NCBI GenBank assembly: GCA_040285855.1
Contig: JAUFOQ010000016.1
Coordinates: 806,001-870,000 of the forward strand
Reading direction: 5' to 3'
Length of the DNA stretch: 64,000 nucleotides
DNA from: Eukaryota sp. GEM-RC1
Lineage: Eukaryota
In this document: positions 43,840-55,317 of the stretch, piece after piece
Layout of the letters: every line of letters starts with the position of its first letter
How positions within the stretch are numbered: position 1 is the stretch's first letter
Notes under the pieces: generated by a model
What the model was told of the DNA's origin: nothing
Seen by the model: only the letters and a program-made list of their open reading frames with translations
Database searches by the model: none
Program-made: the position numbers and the translations under genes

Positions 43840-44763
43840 TAGAGCTGTCAAACGGTTCGGCTCAAGCCGTAAGCCGATCGACTTGAGCCAAGTCATATCC
43901 AAATTTGCCTTGGCTTACTCAAATGGCTCAAGTCAAAGCGAAACTGGTTTGCATTTCTCCAAGCCAAACCATATGGCTCAAGCCGCGGCTTGAACTTACT
44001 TCGAACAATAAAAAAAGTAAATGTACAAGTTGACCGTGTTTATTACATACATCGATTCATAAACCGTACAAACAAGTACAAAAAGTTATAGAAGTACCGC
44101 TAGCACACTCATAATTGTGATCATTACTAATAAAATTCATACTATTGTAGATTTACTGCTTCTCTTTCTCATGACTGAAAAATCACCAAGAAAGTCTTAC
44201 ATTTCCCACCACTTCCCCAGATGGTCATGAGGTTATATTGGAAGAAGATCAATTTCAAAGGTACAAGAATTTTCATCCAAACGATATTAAATCATGTCCG
44301 CTTGTATAGTGGAAATTGCACGGTAAAGAGTATCCTACTTTGACAAAGATCTCCTGATCATTCGTGTGATTTCAATTCCCTGTGAAACGGTTTTTTCCGT
44401 TGCTGACCATATCAAGTACAAAAAAAGATCATCACTTGACGACGAATCTTTAACATCGTTAATTCTTAAAGGATTGGCTCAATTATGGATATGAATTAGT
44501 TTATTGCATGATGACGAAAACGATGAATCTGCTCATTCTTTAGATTCACAAGACATCAAGGTATACATCCACCTTTGTACTAAAACGACAGTTGTTTGTG
44601 ATGAGTTTAATCAATAGAAACAGTTCCCAAATATGTATGTATTCAAGCCGAAAAATATCGACTTGTCACCTTGGTTTGGCTTACTCAAATGGCTCAAGCC
44701 AAAGCCGAACCAATTTGGAATTTAATAAGCCAAACCATACGGCTCAAGCCGTTGACAGCTCTA
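43840..44763 (+). mobile_element. Non-autonomous hAT transposon
   Basis: TIR tagagctgtcaa/ttgacagctcta; 8-bp TSD ACCAATAC (43832-43839, 44764-44771); ggctcaagcc subterminal repeats; hAT dimerisation-domain remnant (YPTL...SIPCETVFS...KRSSLDD) at about 44300-44480. Confidence 0.9.
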
Positions 44764-44771
44764 ACCAATAC

Positions 44772-46500
44772 CAGTTAATGATTGGGTCCAATAATTCTGC
44801 AGCAATACTATTGCAATACATTGTTGCCAGCCCCTGACGGTAAATGTATATCTGTCAATTATTCTGATGAATGTGTCCAGTTGTTGGGCAATTACATTGG
44901 TAATGAAGACAAAGTTAAGGAGACGCTATCACTTAAGCATATTTGTGTCTTTCAAAAGCTTGACCAAATCGATGAACTGGATGTTGGTAAACAAGTCTCT
45001 TTGCTATGCTTCAAGTTTGTTTTGGTGGTACAATTAATCACTGTTTACGTGGTTTACCACCTGCACTAACTCTCGAATTATCTCGTTATTTTAAATCAAT
45101 GTACACAAATTTTGTTAGTTATCTGGTCGATAACAAAGACCCTTCACTTCCTTCTCATTGTTTTACTTCGACTTCTTTTGGTGGTATTGGTTTCACGAAA
45201 GCTAAATACATGCGTGAAGGTGCCTTTTTGGGGTTTTTAGAGAATTTTTTGTTTGAATTTCAGAATCGTTATTCTTTGCTATGGAAAACAAAAGATCACT
45301 CACCTTGTGTGTGGTGAATTAATCTTCAAGATTTCATCGATATTCTTGACTCCAATTTGTCGTCAGATTTATTTCCGGTGGGGGTAACAGAAATTCAGCA
45401 TAGATGCATTTTGTCTTTACCTTTGTGTGTTCTCGTTTGCCAAGAAATCTTAGTTCTAATCTTAAGAATCATGAATGGCTTATAAACACGCAACTTAGGT
45501 TAGTTTTATGGCCTTTATGTCTTTTGAAGCTTGCTCCAAGTCTTTGTGGTCGTTCAAGGCTTCAATTCAGTTTACTGTAATCAATTTATTCATTTTAGAT
45601 TTATAATTCACAATCGTATCCGAAATACCTGTTGTTTAAAGCCAATGGTTTCCATGGAAAAATTGAACCTTTACATGCTAATCTTTCTGATCAGCCAAAA
45701 GTTGATAGAAATCGTGATGATTTGATTGGTCCTTGGTTATCCTGTCAGGAAAGTTTCATGGATTTGACAACTGTTAATCCTTGTAATTCAAGATCAATTT
45801 CTAAAAAAATTGATGATTTTTCTTCTCTTGAAATGGCTGAAAAGGAAAAATACAAAGTACTGTCATTTAAATAACCAATTGAATTAGGGTTGTTAAAAGT
45901 TCAGGTCAAGACCTGAAAATCACAGGTCAGGTCAGGTCAAAGGTCAGGTCAAGGTCTCATACATCAGGTCAAAGGTCAGGTCAAGGTCTCATACATCAGG
46001 TCAAAGGTCAGGTCAAGGTCTCATACATCAGGTCAAAGGTCAGGTCAAGGTCTCATACATCAGGTCAAAGGTCAGGTCAAAGGTCAGAAGTGACAGGTCA
46101 AAGGTCAGGTCAAGGTCAGCAGTAACAGGTCAAAGGTCAGGTCAAGGTCAGAAGTGACAGGTCAAGGTCAGGTCAAGGTCATCAAATGAATTGACCTGAC
46201 CTTTGACCTGTGACCTTTTAACAACCCTAAATTGAATGTTGACAGGTATAATTTTTTTGTTTTCAACCGTTTGTGATGTCGATATACGGTAATGTTGAAC
46301 CAACTGCACAAGGTTTAACTTCCTTTGGTAAATTGTGTTGGGAGTACGGTAAAGTTTTCAATTAATATTTATCCTGGTTGAGTAGGTTACAGTTTTCGCT
46401 GTTTCGTTCAATGCACAGATATTTTAATTCTATTTTAGGTAAGTGGTTCGGTGAAACACATAATGATCATAGTTTAGAAACCCTAGTTAGTGTCTGTTAG
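44772..46500 (+). pseudogene. Decayed RLE-type (CRE-like) non-LTR retrotransposon
   Basis: Fragments VQLLGNYIG, GGIGF, FKANGFHGKIEP..RDDL..MDLTTV..AEKEKY, and after the MITE FQPFVMSIYG; homologous to 54202..55056. Confidence 0.75.
45885..46229. mobile_element. hAT-type MITE filled with AGGTCA repeats
   Basis: TIR tagggttgttaaaag/cttttaacaacccta; perfect 8-bp TSD AATTGAAT (45877-45884, 46230-46237). Confidence 0.92.
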
Positions 46501-46941
46501 TTATTATTTTACTGATTGATCCTAAACCTCGTTGTTTATATATGTTAAAATATCAAAGAGGAGTAAGTTGCTGTTCTCAAACGGTTGCTGTGATTTGGAC
46601 TCTTTGTCTTCAATTTGCGAGACCAATTAATTGCAATTATTACAGATGTCAAATGAACGAAATGAAAAGAATTTACACTGTATTTAACGGGTCAAGAGGT
46701 TGCTTGCGCAACTTGTTTGTATTAGAGTTTTGCAGATGTCCATCAACTCCGGTTAACTTCGATTGCCAACATTTGATGTAAAGACTTCTTTGGGACATCA
46801 TCATTGACTTACAATTGACACAGACCCCCAACAAAGAGCACAAACTCTAACAATGTCAAATCATGAAAGTGTCACTTGTGACATGTCTACAGTTTGACCT
46901 TAAAAGAGCACCTCTTCCATCATAGACAACACTCTTGTAAC

Positions 46942-47726
46942 ATGAAGCTCCTACTACTAGTGTATGTCTATATAAATCTCACTCCAGAACTGTATTTGTC
47001 TATACTGTTCTCGCATCTTGTGAAAAGAACAAGCACCACATAGATGAACCTGTCATTGGTGATGAGTTCTGTCAGATGTTTGATCCTGAGTCTTACTGCA
47101 AGACTTGGTTAGATATCCCAGTTTGCCAAGGACTGGACATCCCCTGTGATGGAAGTCCTATTTGCCCCCGCTATCCCTGGTCTGATCGCCGCTTTGATGT
47201 TTTGGAAGGTCACGGACTATGGTTCGGTTATAAGAAGACTGTTCATGGCAAAAAGAGTCATCAATACTCGAAGGAAGGAGTTGAAGCTCAACTAACTTTT
47301 GATGGAAAAGGAGGAATAATGGGCGAACTCTCCACAGATTCATGTTCCAGTTATCACGTAAAGGGAACCATTGACTCCAAGGACCAAGTGGAACTCAAAT
47401 TGTCATCTTTCCGCAAATGGATGGTTTACAAGGGTACTATTGGAATGAAGGAAGAAGACACTGAATTCCTTGAAATGGACCTAGAATTGACTGTGGCCAA
47501 GCACATGAAGAAGAAGCCTCAACAAAAACTCCATCTCCGCCTTCCTGATTGGTGCATCAAGCTCTTACCCAAAACTGTTTGTCCTCCTTGTAGTTACTGT
47601 AAATTCTGGCAGGATCCCATGGTATGTCAAGGAACTGATGAACCCTGTTTTGCAAAGAAACCCAAGAATGATATGGATAACGATATGGACAATGATATGG
47701 ACAATGATATGGATCACGAGTTGTAA
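46942..47726 (+). CDS. Secreted/ER Cys-containing protein ending (DMDN)n-DHEL, copy 2, intact
   Basis: 26-nt intron 46962-46987 joins the signal peptide MKLLLLVTVFVYTVLA in frame to ORF 47076..47726. Confidence 0.75.
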
Positions 47727-47874
47727 GTACAATAGTTGAAATAAATATCCAGTAACAGCTGATTGACAACACCATTCAATGTAGTTCAAGAGAATAAACT
47801 CTATGACGTATACTGACAGTACTGGTTAACACTTTCCGTTTGATTCATTTGCTACAAGCAAACACCGATCACTT

Positions 47875-49829
47875 ATGAAAAGTCTCATAATTTTGTTTTT
47901 GATCTTCCTTTCTTGTCTTTCCTTAGATTTAAACAGTGCTGAAATCTTCTTGGATGGAGTTATCAACTCTCAATTAAGCGAACACGATATTGGAGCTGCT
48001 ACCCTATCCATTGTCTACGAAGGGCAACTCTTGCTCAAGAAGGGATTCGGGAAGCAAGATCTTCATACTCTTACCTCTCCAGACCTCAGCCTATTTCGCC
48101 CAGGCTCAGTTTCTAAACTTTTCACTTGGTCTGCTATCATGAAACTGTATGAAATAGGTCTAATTGATCTGGATGAAGACATTAACAACTACCTAGACTT
48201 TTCCATTCCCAATGACAGTCTTTGGTCCCAAGAACATGGTACAATTACTCTTCGTCACATCTTGTTACACCGTTCAGGTTTTGAAGATCAATCAGATCAT
48301 TTGTTTGTCCTTTCTGCTGACAGACTTATCTCTCTGGAGAAGTATTGTAAAGAATTCTTGCCAGAACGAGTATTTGCTACCAATGAAGCTTCTGCTTATA
48401 GCAACTATGCCACTGCTCTAGCCGGTTATATTGTAGAAAGAGTAACGAAGAAGTCTTTTAATGACTACCTTCAAGAGACCTTCTTTTCACCGCTTTCAAT
48501 GTCAATGTCTACCTTTGAGCAACCATTATCTGGAAAGTTATTGCCCTTTATGACCCAAGTCTACAGAAAACTTGGAAATGAATGGGCACAAGCTCCATTT
48601 GAGCTCATTCCTGGTTCTCCAGCTGGTGCTTTGACTACTACAGCTCTAGACATGTCAAAGTTCATGTTAATGCATTTAAATAATGGTACATTTAATAATA
48701 TTAGAATCTTCAAACCCGAAACTATTGAATTGATGCATGAACATCACTTTTCTGCTTCACAGTTCATGAATGGGATGGCTTTTGGGTTCATGGAAGATTC
48801 TATCAATGGTCATCGAGTTTTAAAACATGGAGGTAACACTATGAACTTCCATTCAGGATTATACCTGGTGAAATCCTTGAATCTTAACTTTTTGTTTCAT
48901 TTAACGGTGGGACTGGAAATGAGCACTACAAGGTGTTTTCTCTGTTCATGGACAAGTTCTTTCCTCAAAGTTTTGACGATGAACAACTGAGGAAGTGTGA
49001 TGCCAAGATCTCCAAGAAGTTTTCCGGTCAGTATCACCCTTTAAGATCTTCCTTCTCAACTGAAGCCAAGATTGTTGCTCTCTTTATGAGAATGTCGGTT
49101 TCTGTTGATAAGAGTGGATGTTTAGTAATGCTTGGAAATAGCTATGTTCACCATCCAGAAGACAGTAACCTTTTTGTTAACAGATTCTCAAATGTATCAC
49201 ATGCAGTTTCTTTTGAACGAATCTACTTTTCAACTTCAACTAATGGTCATTCACTGCTTTCTATTGAGATGCCCATGGATTACATCCGTGTGTCATTCCT
49301 GCAATCATCAGCCGTATTGTTATTGATCTTGGTTTTGAATACTGGTTTCTTTTTGTTGACTCCCATTGTTTGGTTCATCAATAGGAAGAGACACAATGCA
49401 TCTGAGTCTTTAGATGTCTCTCTGATGTTAGACAACCACTTCTAGTTAAAGAGTATAGCATTCGAATGACTTCTTTTGGAAGATCTTTTATTGACATTGT
49501 CTCCTCAATCAATTCTAGAGTTCTAAAGATATATTTCTCTACTTTGTCTGCCTTGTATCTTCTTCTCATAATTCTCTTGATTGTTTCCAGTTATTCCTCA
49601 AGCGCCAGGAATGGGTGTGCCCTTATTGTTGTTTGAGTATCCCTTTCAGTTAAGGGTTGCGTTGCTGATTCCTTATCTTTTGACCATTGGTTTGTTTCTG
49701 TTTTATGTTCTTGTTGTTTTCCTAGTAATCATGAAGAAAATGACGGTGAAATCTCGATTGTTTTTCTCTTGGCTTTCCTGTTTGAGCTTATGTCTCGTTT
49801 TTATGTTCAAATTTCTCAATTTGATATAA
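47875..49829 (+). CDS. Serine beta-lactamase/PBP-like hydrolase, copy 2; frameshifted
   Basis: Same motifs as copy 1; breaks at 48889-48893 and about 49409-49411, plus an extra C near 49588. Confidence 0.8.
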
Positions 49830-50238
49830 AAGTGAGTGATGAAATGTGTTTAATCTGGTAGTTTCGAGTATCTTTAAAAGAAATCCACGATACAGCTAAC
49901 AAGAGAAGTAGCTAAGTGGAAAAGAGAATGAGAAACGCAGAAGATCTAGTTGTAACTGTCACCAACTGAAAACAACGTCAAGAAATAGATTGATCATGGT
50001 AATACCAATATCACAAAATAACATTAACAGAAATCAGTGATGACAATGCAGTGTTTGTCAAAGAACATTGTTTGCATGTCGTCATTTCGAAAGCAGATAA
50101 CAACAAACAAAACTGAGTCAGAGAGCTTCTGTGTCTGATAAGAAAGATGATGTTAATCCAAAGGATCAAGCAATGGAACTATTGTAGAGAAGGAATCTGT
50201 AGTTTGAGAAAAACTGTAAAGTTAATCCGCTGTAAAGT

Positions 50239-50847
50239 ATGGGCAACGATCCTTTTGACACAATTCCACATTCAGATGCTGTGATTGACTTGATTCTGGG
50301 TCCTACGTCACGTCTGGTGCTAGCATATAATCATTTAAAGTCGTTTGTGGAGGGATCTTCGGAAGAACTTCCGTTGGACAACCTCAACCTGAAGATCCTA
50401 ACACCACAACTGCCTGCAAAGTCTCTACCACGAGATTATTCACCTTCTGTTTCAAAGGATGATGTGTATCAAGATCTTCCTCAACATCGACGCAAAAGAA
50501 ACAACTTTTGGACAGAACAGGAAGATAGAGTCTTGCTAGAAGCAGTTGAAGCCGCTCAAAATTCAAATGACTGGAGAGGTTGGAAAGTTATCGCTGACCG
50601 TGTTGGAGGAAAGACTAGTGACCAATGTAGTCAACGTTATCACCGTGTCCTTCGAATGGACATCAAGAAAGGTATTTTCTCAATTGTTTGACTGACTTTA
50701 GGACGTTGGACAGCCGACGAAGATCAACTATTACTTGCAGCAACCAAAGAACACGGTGTTGGAAACTGGCGTCTTATCTCTAATCATTTCGATAACCGTA
50801 CTGACATTCAGTGCAGGTATCGATTTTACCGTCTCAGAAGACGATGA
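50239..50847 (+). CDS. Two-repeat Myb transcription factor, copy 2
   Basis: Intron 50672-50701; stop at 50845-50847. Confidence 0.88.
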
Positions 50848-51802
50848 CAGACTGTTTATTGATCCATTGATTGTATTTATTTAAGCTGGTTAATATTTTA
50901 AAGTCGAGGTTGTCTGTTTTTTGTCTGTAACATACTCTTTTTGCTATTAGAGATTACTAAAATAATGTTTTTACTCATGAGTTGTTCAAGCAACAGGCAG
51001 ACGTTTTGATCACAAGCTATGGTTGAATCGTATCGTTTTTACCGTTTTTAAAACAATTTCCCTAATCATCTCCAAAGCTTTATTAGGACAAAGCTGTTGT
51101 AAGATTTGATAACGCCGTGTGTTGTTTTAATGATAACAAATTTTAGTTGTTTCGTTTATTACATTTACAACAAATTAAAAGCTCAAAAAAGCAATAACAT
51201 AAAGATATAGATAAACACGAAAAGAAAGAATTCATATTTATTAGTGAGATTTACCTTGATGACAGGGTTACCATTTGAAGTGTTGGAGAAATTTTCTCGC
51301 CAATGATGACACTTGTTAAATTCAATAGACTTTTATTTGAAAAATAGAAGAAAACATAAACACAAAAACCACCCTTTGTACTTCGATTCGAACTCTTTGT
51401 AAAACACACTATTAACACTGAAACACTAACATAACAAAACACAGTAACATGCAGATTATTGTTTTTCCAAGTACAATGTTTGTCTTTGAGTTTTTAACAG
51501 TTTAGAGTCTCAACTTGGGTCTGAATTTGTTTTGTATTAAATTTTGTAAGGAAAAGGGTGAACATAACTCAACCAAAGCTTTTAACTGTCTTTACAAAGG
51601 AAAAAAACTTCTGTGAGATGCAATGTATAAGGATAATTTCTGTAATACCGTTTTTATGATATTCAGTTCCGTTCTCAATAAAATGGTTCTGGTTCATTGG
51701 TATTTGAGGTGATTCCGTTCATATTATATATGAACCGGTACCTGCAGTGTCTCAATAATAACTGGAAAAAAGTCCATTTTATTTCCAACACCCTGTAGAT
51801 TT

Positions 51803-52315
51803 ATGCATCCCCTTTCTTCTGTTTTTACCTTCTTCTTCTGTAACAGAGTGAAGGCCACCCAAAGTTATACCGACGCTATCAAACAAATATGCTCGGTAAA
51901 TTCCGTTGAGTCTTTCTTTGAAGCCTACCAACATCTGAAGAGGCCGTCAGAGTTCGCTCAAGAAACCAATCTCTTTCTTTTCTGTCATACAGAAGACGGT
52001 GAACCTATTACTCCCGAATGGGAACACCCTGCTAATGCTAACGGTGGACGGTTCATAATAAGAGCCGGAAAGGACCACGTTGACTTTCTGTGGGAGTCTC
52101 TAGTCTTTGAATTGGTGTCTGGATCTATATTTGACTATGCACCAAACGTAACCGGTATATCCGTATCCTGTCGAAGCCGGGAAATAGTTCTCAACATATG
52201 GTGCTCTTCTGTAAACGACTCAATTAGTGATGAACTTAAGCCTTCTATTAGAGAATTGTTGTCTCTGCCGGAGGAGACCTCCATCCGGTTTCAACAACAC
52301 AACTCCAATTCGTAA
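51803..52315 (+). CDS. eIF4E-family cap-binding protein, divergent
   Basis: HPL, VESFF, HLKRPS, PEWEHPANANGGRF, LWESLV, GISVSCR, NIWC. Confidence 0.88.
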   Translation: MHPLSSVFTFFFCNRVKATQSYTDAIKQICSVNSVESFFEAYQHLKRPSEFAQETNLFLFCHTEDGEPITPEWEHPANANGGRFIIRAGKDHVDFLWESLVFELVSGSIFDYAPNVTGISVSCRSREIVLNIWCSSVNDSISDELKPSIRELLSLPEETSIRFQQHNSNS

Positions 52316-52667
52316 TTGACACAGTGTTGTATCCTGTTAATCTATTGTTTGGATCTGGACAGACGCGGTTTGGCTTTTTTATAAAGTCAATTCTTCTCAA
52401 GTCTTTTTGTGTACGATATAACGACACTTCTACAAACAATGTTTCTTACAAGTATTATCCGTTCATTTGAATGTTTAATTTAATTGATCGTATTCTAGTT
52501 TTACAACTGATATTCTCATTTTACACACAATTTCAGCATCAATATTTTCTTAACTCTACGCACACAATTTGTCATTGTGATGGACATCGATTGAATACCA
52601 TAAAGACAATTGGGTGATGTTCAAGATTTTACTCTAGCTGCTCTCTGCTGCTGTTTCTAAACGCATA

Positions 52668-52943
52668 ATGTCCCTGAATCCATCTGGTATTCTACCCCTT
52701 TTAAACCGAGTCCTTGTTCGCAAACTCAATTTCCAGGATATATTCCCAAGCAAAATATCTGTTCCTTCATCTGCTTCTATGCTTCATGTTGGTGAAGTTT
52801 GCAGAATTGCTGAAGATGTGAAGAGTGTCTCCGTTGGAGATCGGGTCGTCCTTCCCCAATTCGGTGGTTTATCTTTTCCTCTTGAACACAACTCAAACTA
52901 CATAATTCTTGATGCTGACGAAATACAGGCCAAGTTAGAGTGA
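52668..52943 (+). CDS. cpn10: Chaperonin 10 (Hsp10/GroES family)
   Basis: LPLLNRVLVRK...GEV...SVSVGDRVVLPQFGG...EIQAKLE. Confidence 0.85.
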   Translation: MSLNPSGILPLLNRVLVRKLNFQDIFPSKISVPSSASMLHVGEVCRIAEDVKSVSVGDRVVLPQFGGLSFPLEHNSNYIILDADEIQAKLE

Positions 52944-54129
52944 TTCACATCTGATTTGCGACATTCCCATCGTTTCACCTCAATCTGGTAGGGGTCGTTT
53001 TTGATTCACTGTGTGTGGCCTGTCTGTTGTAGTATTGTTCAATTTTCTGGGTTTCTTTCTGATGTGACATTCTTTTACTTTTAGAAACCATCTAAACTAT
53101 TGTTTCAAGTCTTAGTGTCAAATGGAGAGGAAAACACCTCACTAATGTGCCTTCATATAGCATCATTCAGTGAACGTAATTTTTAGAGAGCGACTGTACT
53201 CAGGGGTGGTAACATGTTTACTTAAATTTATGCTTTTCGTTCAGAATAAAATCGCTACTACAATACAGTCTTCCCTATGAGTAGTAACATTTCTGAATAT
53301 AGTGGTAACAGATGCAGGGGTGTGACTATTCAGTGGGTAAACGGTATTGTACTGATCTGTTAATTACTGCAATCACTATTATTGTTGCAAAAATTGCATC
53401 AACACACACTCTAGACCACAGTAATTCGGAAAGCGAAAGAAGATCAATTTTCCATACTAGTAGATAACATCACCACTTAAACTTAGAATTTGGGATGATT
53501 GAACAAACCAATGGATCCGGTTAAACCGATAACAATGTTTGGTTCTAATAGACAACACCATCGTGGCTTGTTCAGGTATGGTTTTGAAGAACCTAAACTG
53601 ACTCATGGAAAATCATGTATTTTCTGTTTTATAGTACATATTGCAATTGGTAGATACATCGTTTGTCCAGAATTTCTAAATGGAAAAGCCGTAGTGTGTT
53701 ATCTATTTACCGGAATATGTCCTTCTACTTCTCTCTTGCGGCAAAATTTTCTTTCGGGTACCAAAGAAAGTGTAGAAAAAAGAATTGATTTTTTCTTTTG
53801 AAACCTTCCTAACACTGGACATGATGCACTACACTCAAATGCGAAAATTACTATACGCCGTATAGTATACGGAATTATGAACCTTTTTTGGGGAAAGTTT
53901 CTTTTGTCTTTTGTACTTTTGCAGTAGGAAAAAATTGACGGAAACTTCATACATGCTTAATTCTGCAACATGTAGTGTGTTTGTTCTGGAAGTTTTTTTC
54001 TTTTCATGCTTCTGATTTGAATGTTGTCCAGGACAATGAAAGGTTTTTGCATAGTTTATAGGTTATACAATACCTTATTATCATCAACTTATGTCGTTAA
54101 AAAAACAAATATAAACAAAAATTAAGACA

Positions 54130-55137
54130 ATTTATTAATATTTCATCTCTACCGTCTGCTGTATGTAAGCTGCAAAATAAATTGACAAAGAGTTTGAACT
54201 CTTGGACTTTAATAATCGTATTAGCTTGGCTAAAACTAATAGTCCCGAGTTCGCTGCTTTTTTAATTGATCTTTGTAATAGTGGACCTTCTGGATTTATT
54301 TCTCAAATTCCAAAGGTGTATGGATTACATCTATCTGATGAAGCTTGGATGATCAATATGCGTCTTCGTTTGGCTATTTGGCCTGCAAATTTATTAAACT
54401 ATTCAACTTGCTCTTGTGGCGCTAATGGTGTTTTTCGTCATTTAATTAATTGTCGTTATTTTATTCATCTACGTGCAGTAATTCATGATGGTGTACGTGA
54501 TTCTTGTTATTCCATGTTTAAAGCACATGGTTTTCACTCTAAAGTTGAACCAGTTTTGAATCATCATTCAGAAAATGAATTTACTGATCAACAAAGAGGG
54601 GATCTACATACTCCGTGGCTTAAATCGAGTCAATCATTAATGGATTTTACTACAGTAGATGTATGTAACAAATCTTGTGTTAGTAGGATATTAGATTCTT
54701 CGTTTAACCCGTTAACAGCTGCTGAAAAGCTCAAACACTCCAAGTATGATCTTCAAGTTGAAGAATTAAATAGAAACTCATATTCCAAATTTGTGTTTCA
54801 ACCTTTTGCTGTTTCTCTTTTTGGATCTATTAGTCCTGCTGGTGATCAATTTTTCAAGGATTTCGAAGAATTGTGTAAAGAAAAGAAGCGTAAGTTTAGA
54901 ATGGCTGAATGGAAAAACCGTTTTGTGTTTTTCATATATCGGAATATGCCTTTCTATTTCTCTAGATTAATTGAGAAATTGTACAAGTTTGGTGTGAAGG
55001 TTAATGTTGATAAACGTAATCTTTTACCGGGTGGTGATGAAGTCGTTTGGATTTAATCTTAGTATTATTTGTTTGTTTTTACAATTTCATAGTTTGTAGG
55101 AAGGTTACCTTATTGGGTGCCGAATAAATTCTCTCTC
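54130..55137 (+). mobile_element. 5'-truncated RLE-type (CRE-like) non-LTR retrotransposon; ORF 54202..55056
   Basis: Knuckle CSC...HLINC, HDGVRD; RLE RGDL...MDFTTV...AEKLKHSKY...FQPFAV; 12-bp TSD aaaattaagaca (54118-54129, 55138-55149); ends aataaa followed by a short ct run. Confidence 0.85.
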
Positions 55138-55149
55138 AAAATTAAGACA

Positions 55150-55263
55150 TCGTCTTGAGTGCAGACTCAGCGTACTCGACTCAACTCTGAAAATCTTGAG
55201 TACGCTCGGACTCGACTCACACAATTCTGAGTACGCTCAGGCTCTAGTCGATCCGCAACTCTA
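55150..55263. mobile_element. Partial hAT-like MITE of the gactc-rich family
   Basis: Ends in gcaactcta; reverse-complement similarity to 60717-60805. Confidence 0.55.
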
Positions 55264-55317
55264 GTTGTATACCTTTTATATTCAAACAGTATTCTAAAAA
55301 CACAAACACTACATACA

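Larger units (their letters stand above)
46768..50900. repeat. Right arm of inverted segmental duplication
   Basis: Reverse complement of 37295..41428. Confidence 0.93.

Noticed and set aside
45920..46215. AGGTCA array as a CRISPR or nuclear-receptor response element cluster
   Set aside because: It lies wholly within a TIR/TSD-bounded hAT MITE and is best explained as subterminal transposase-binding repeats.
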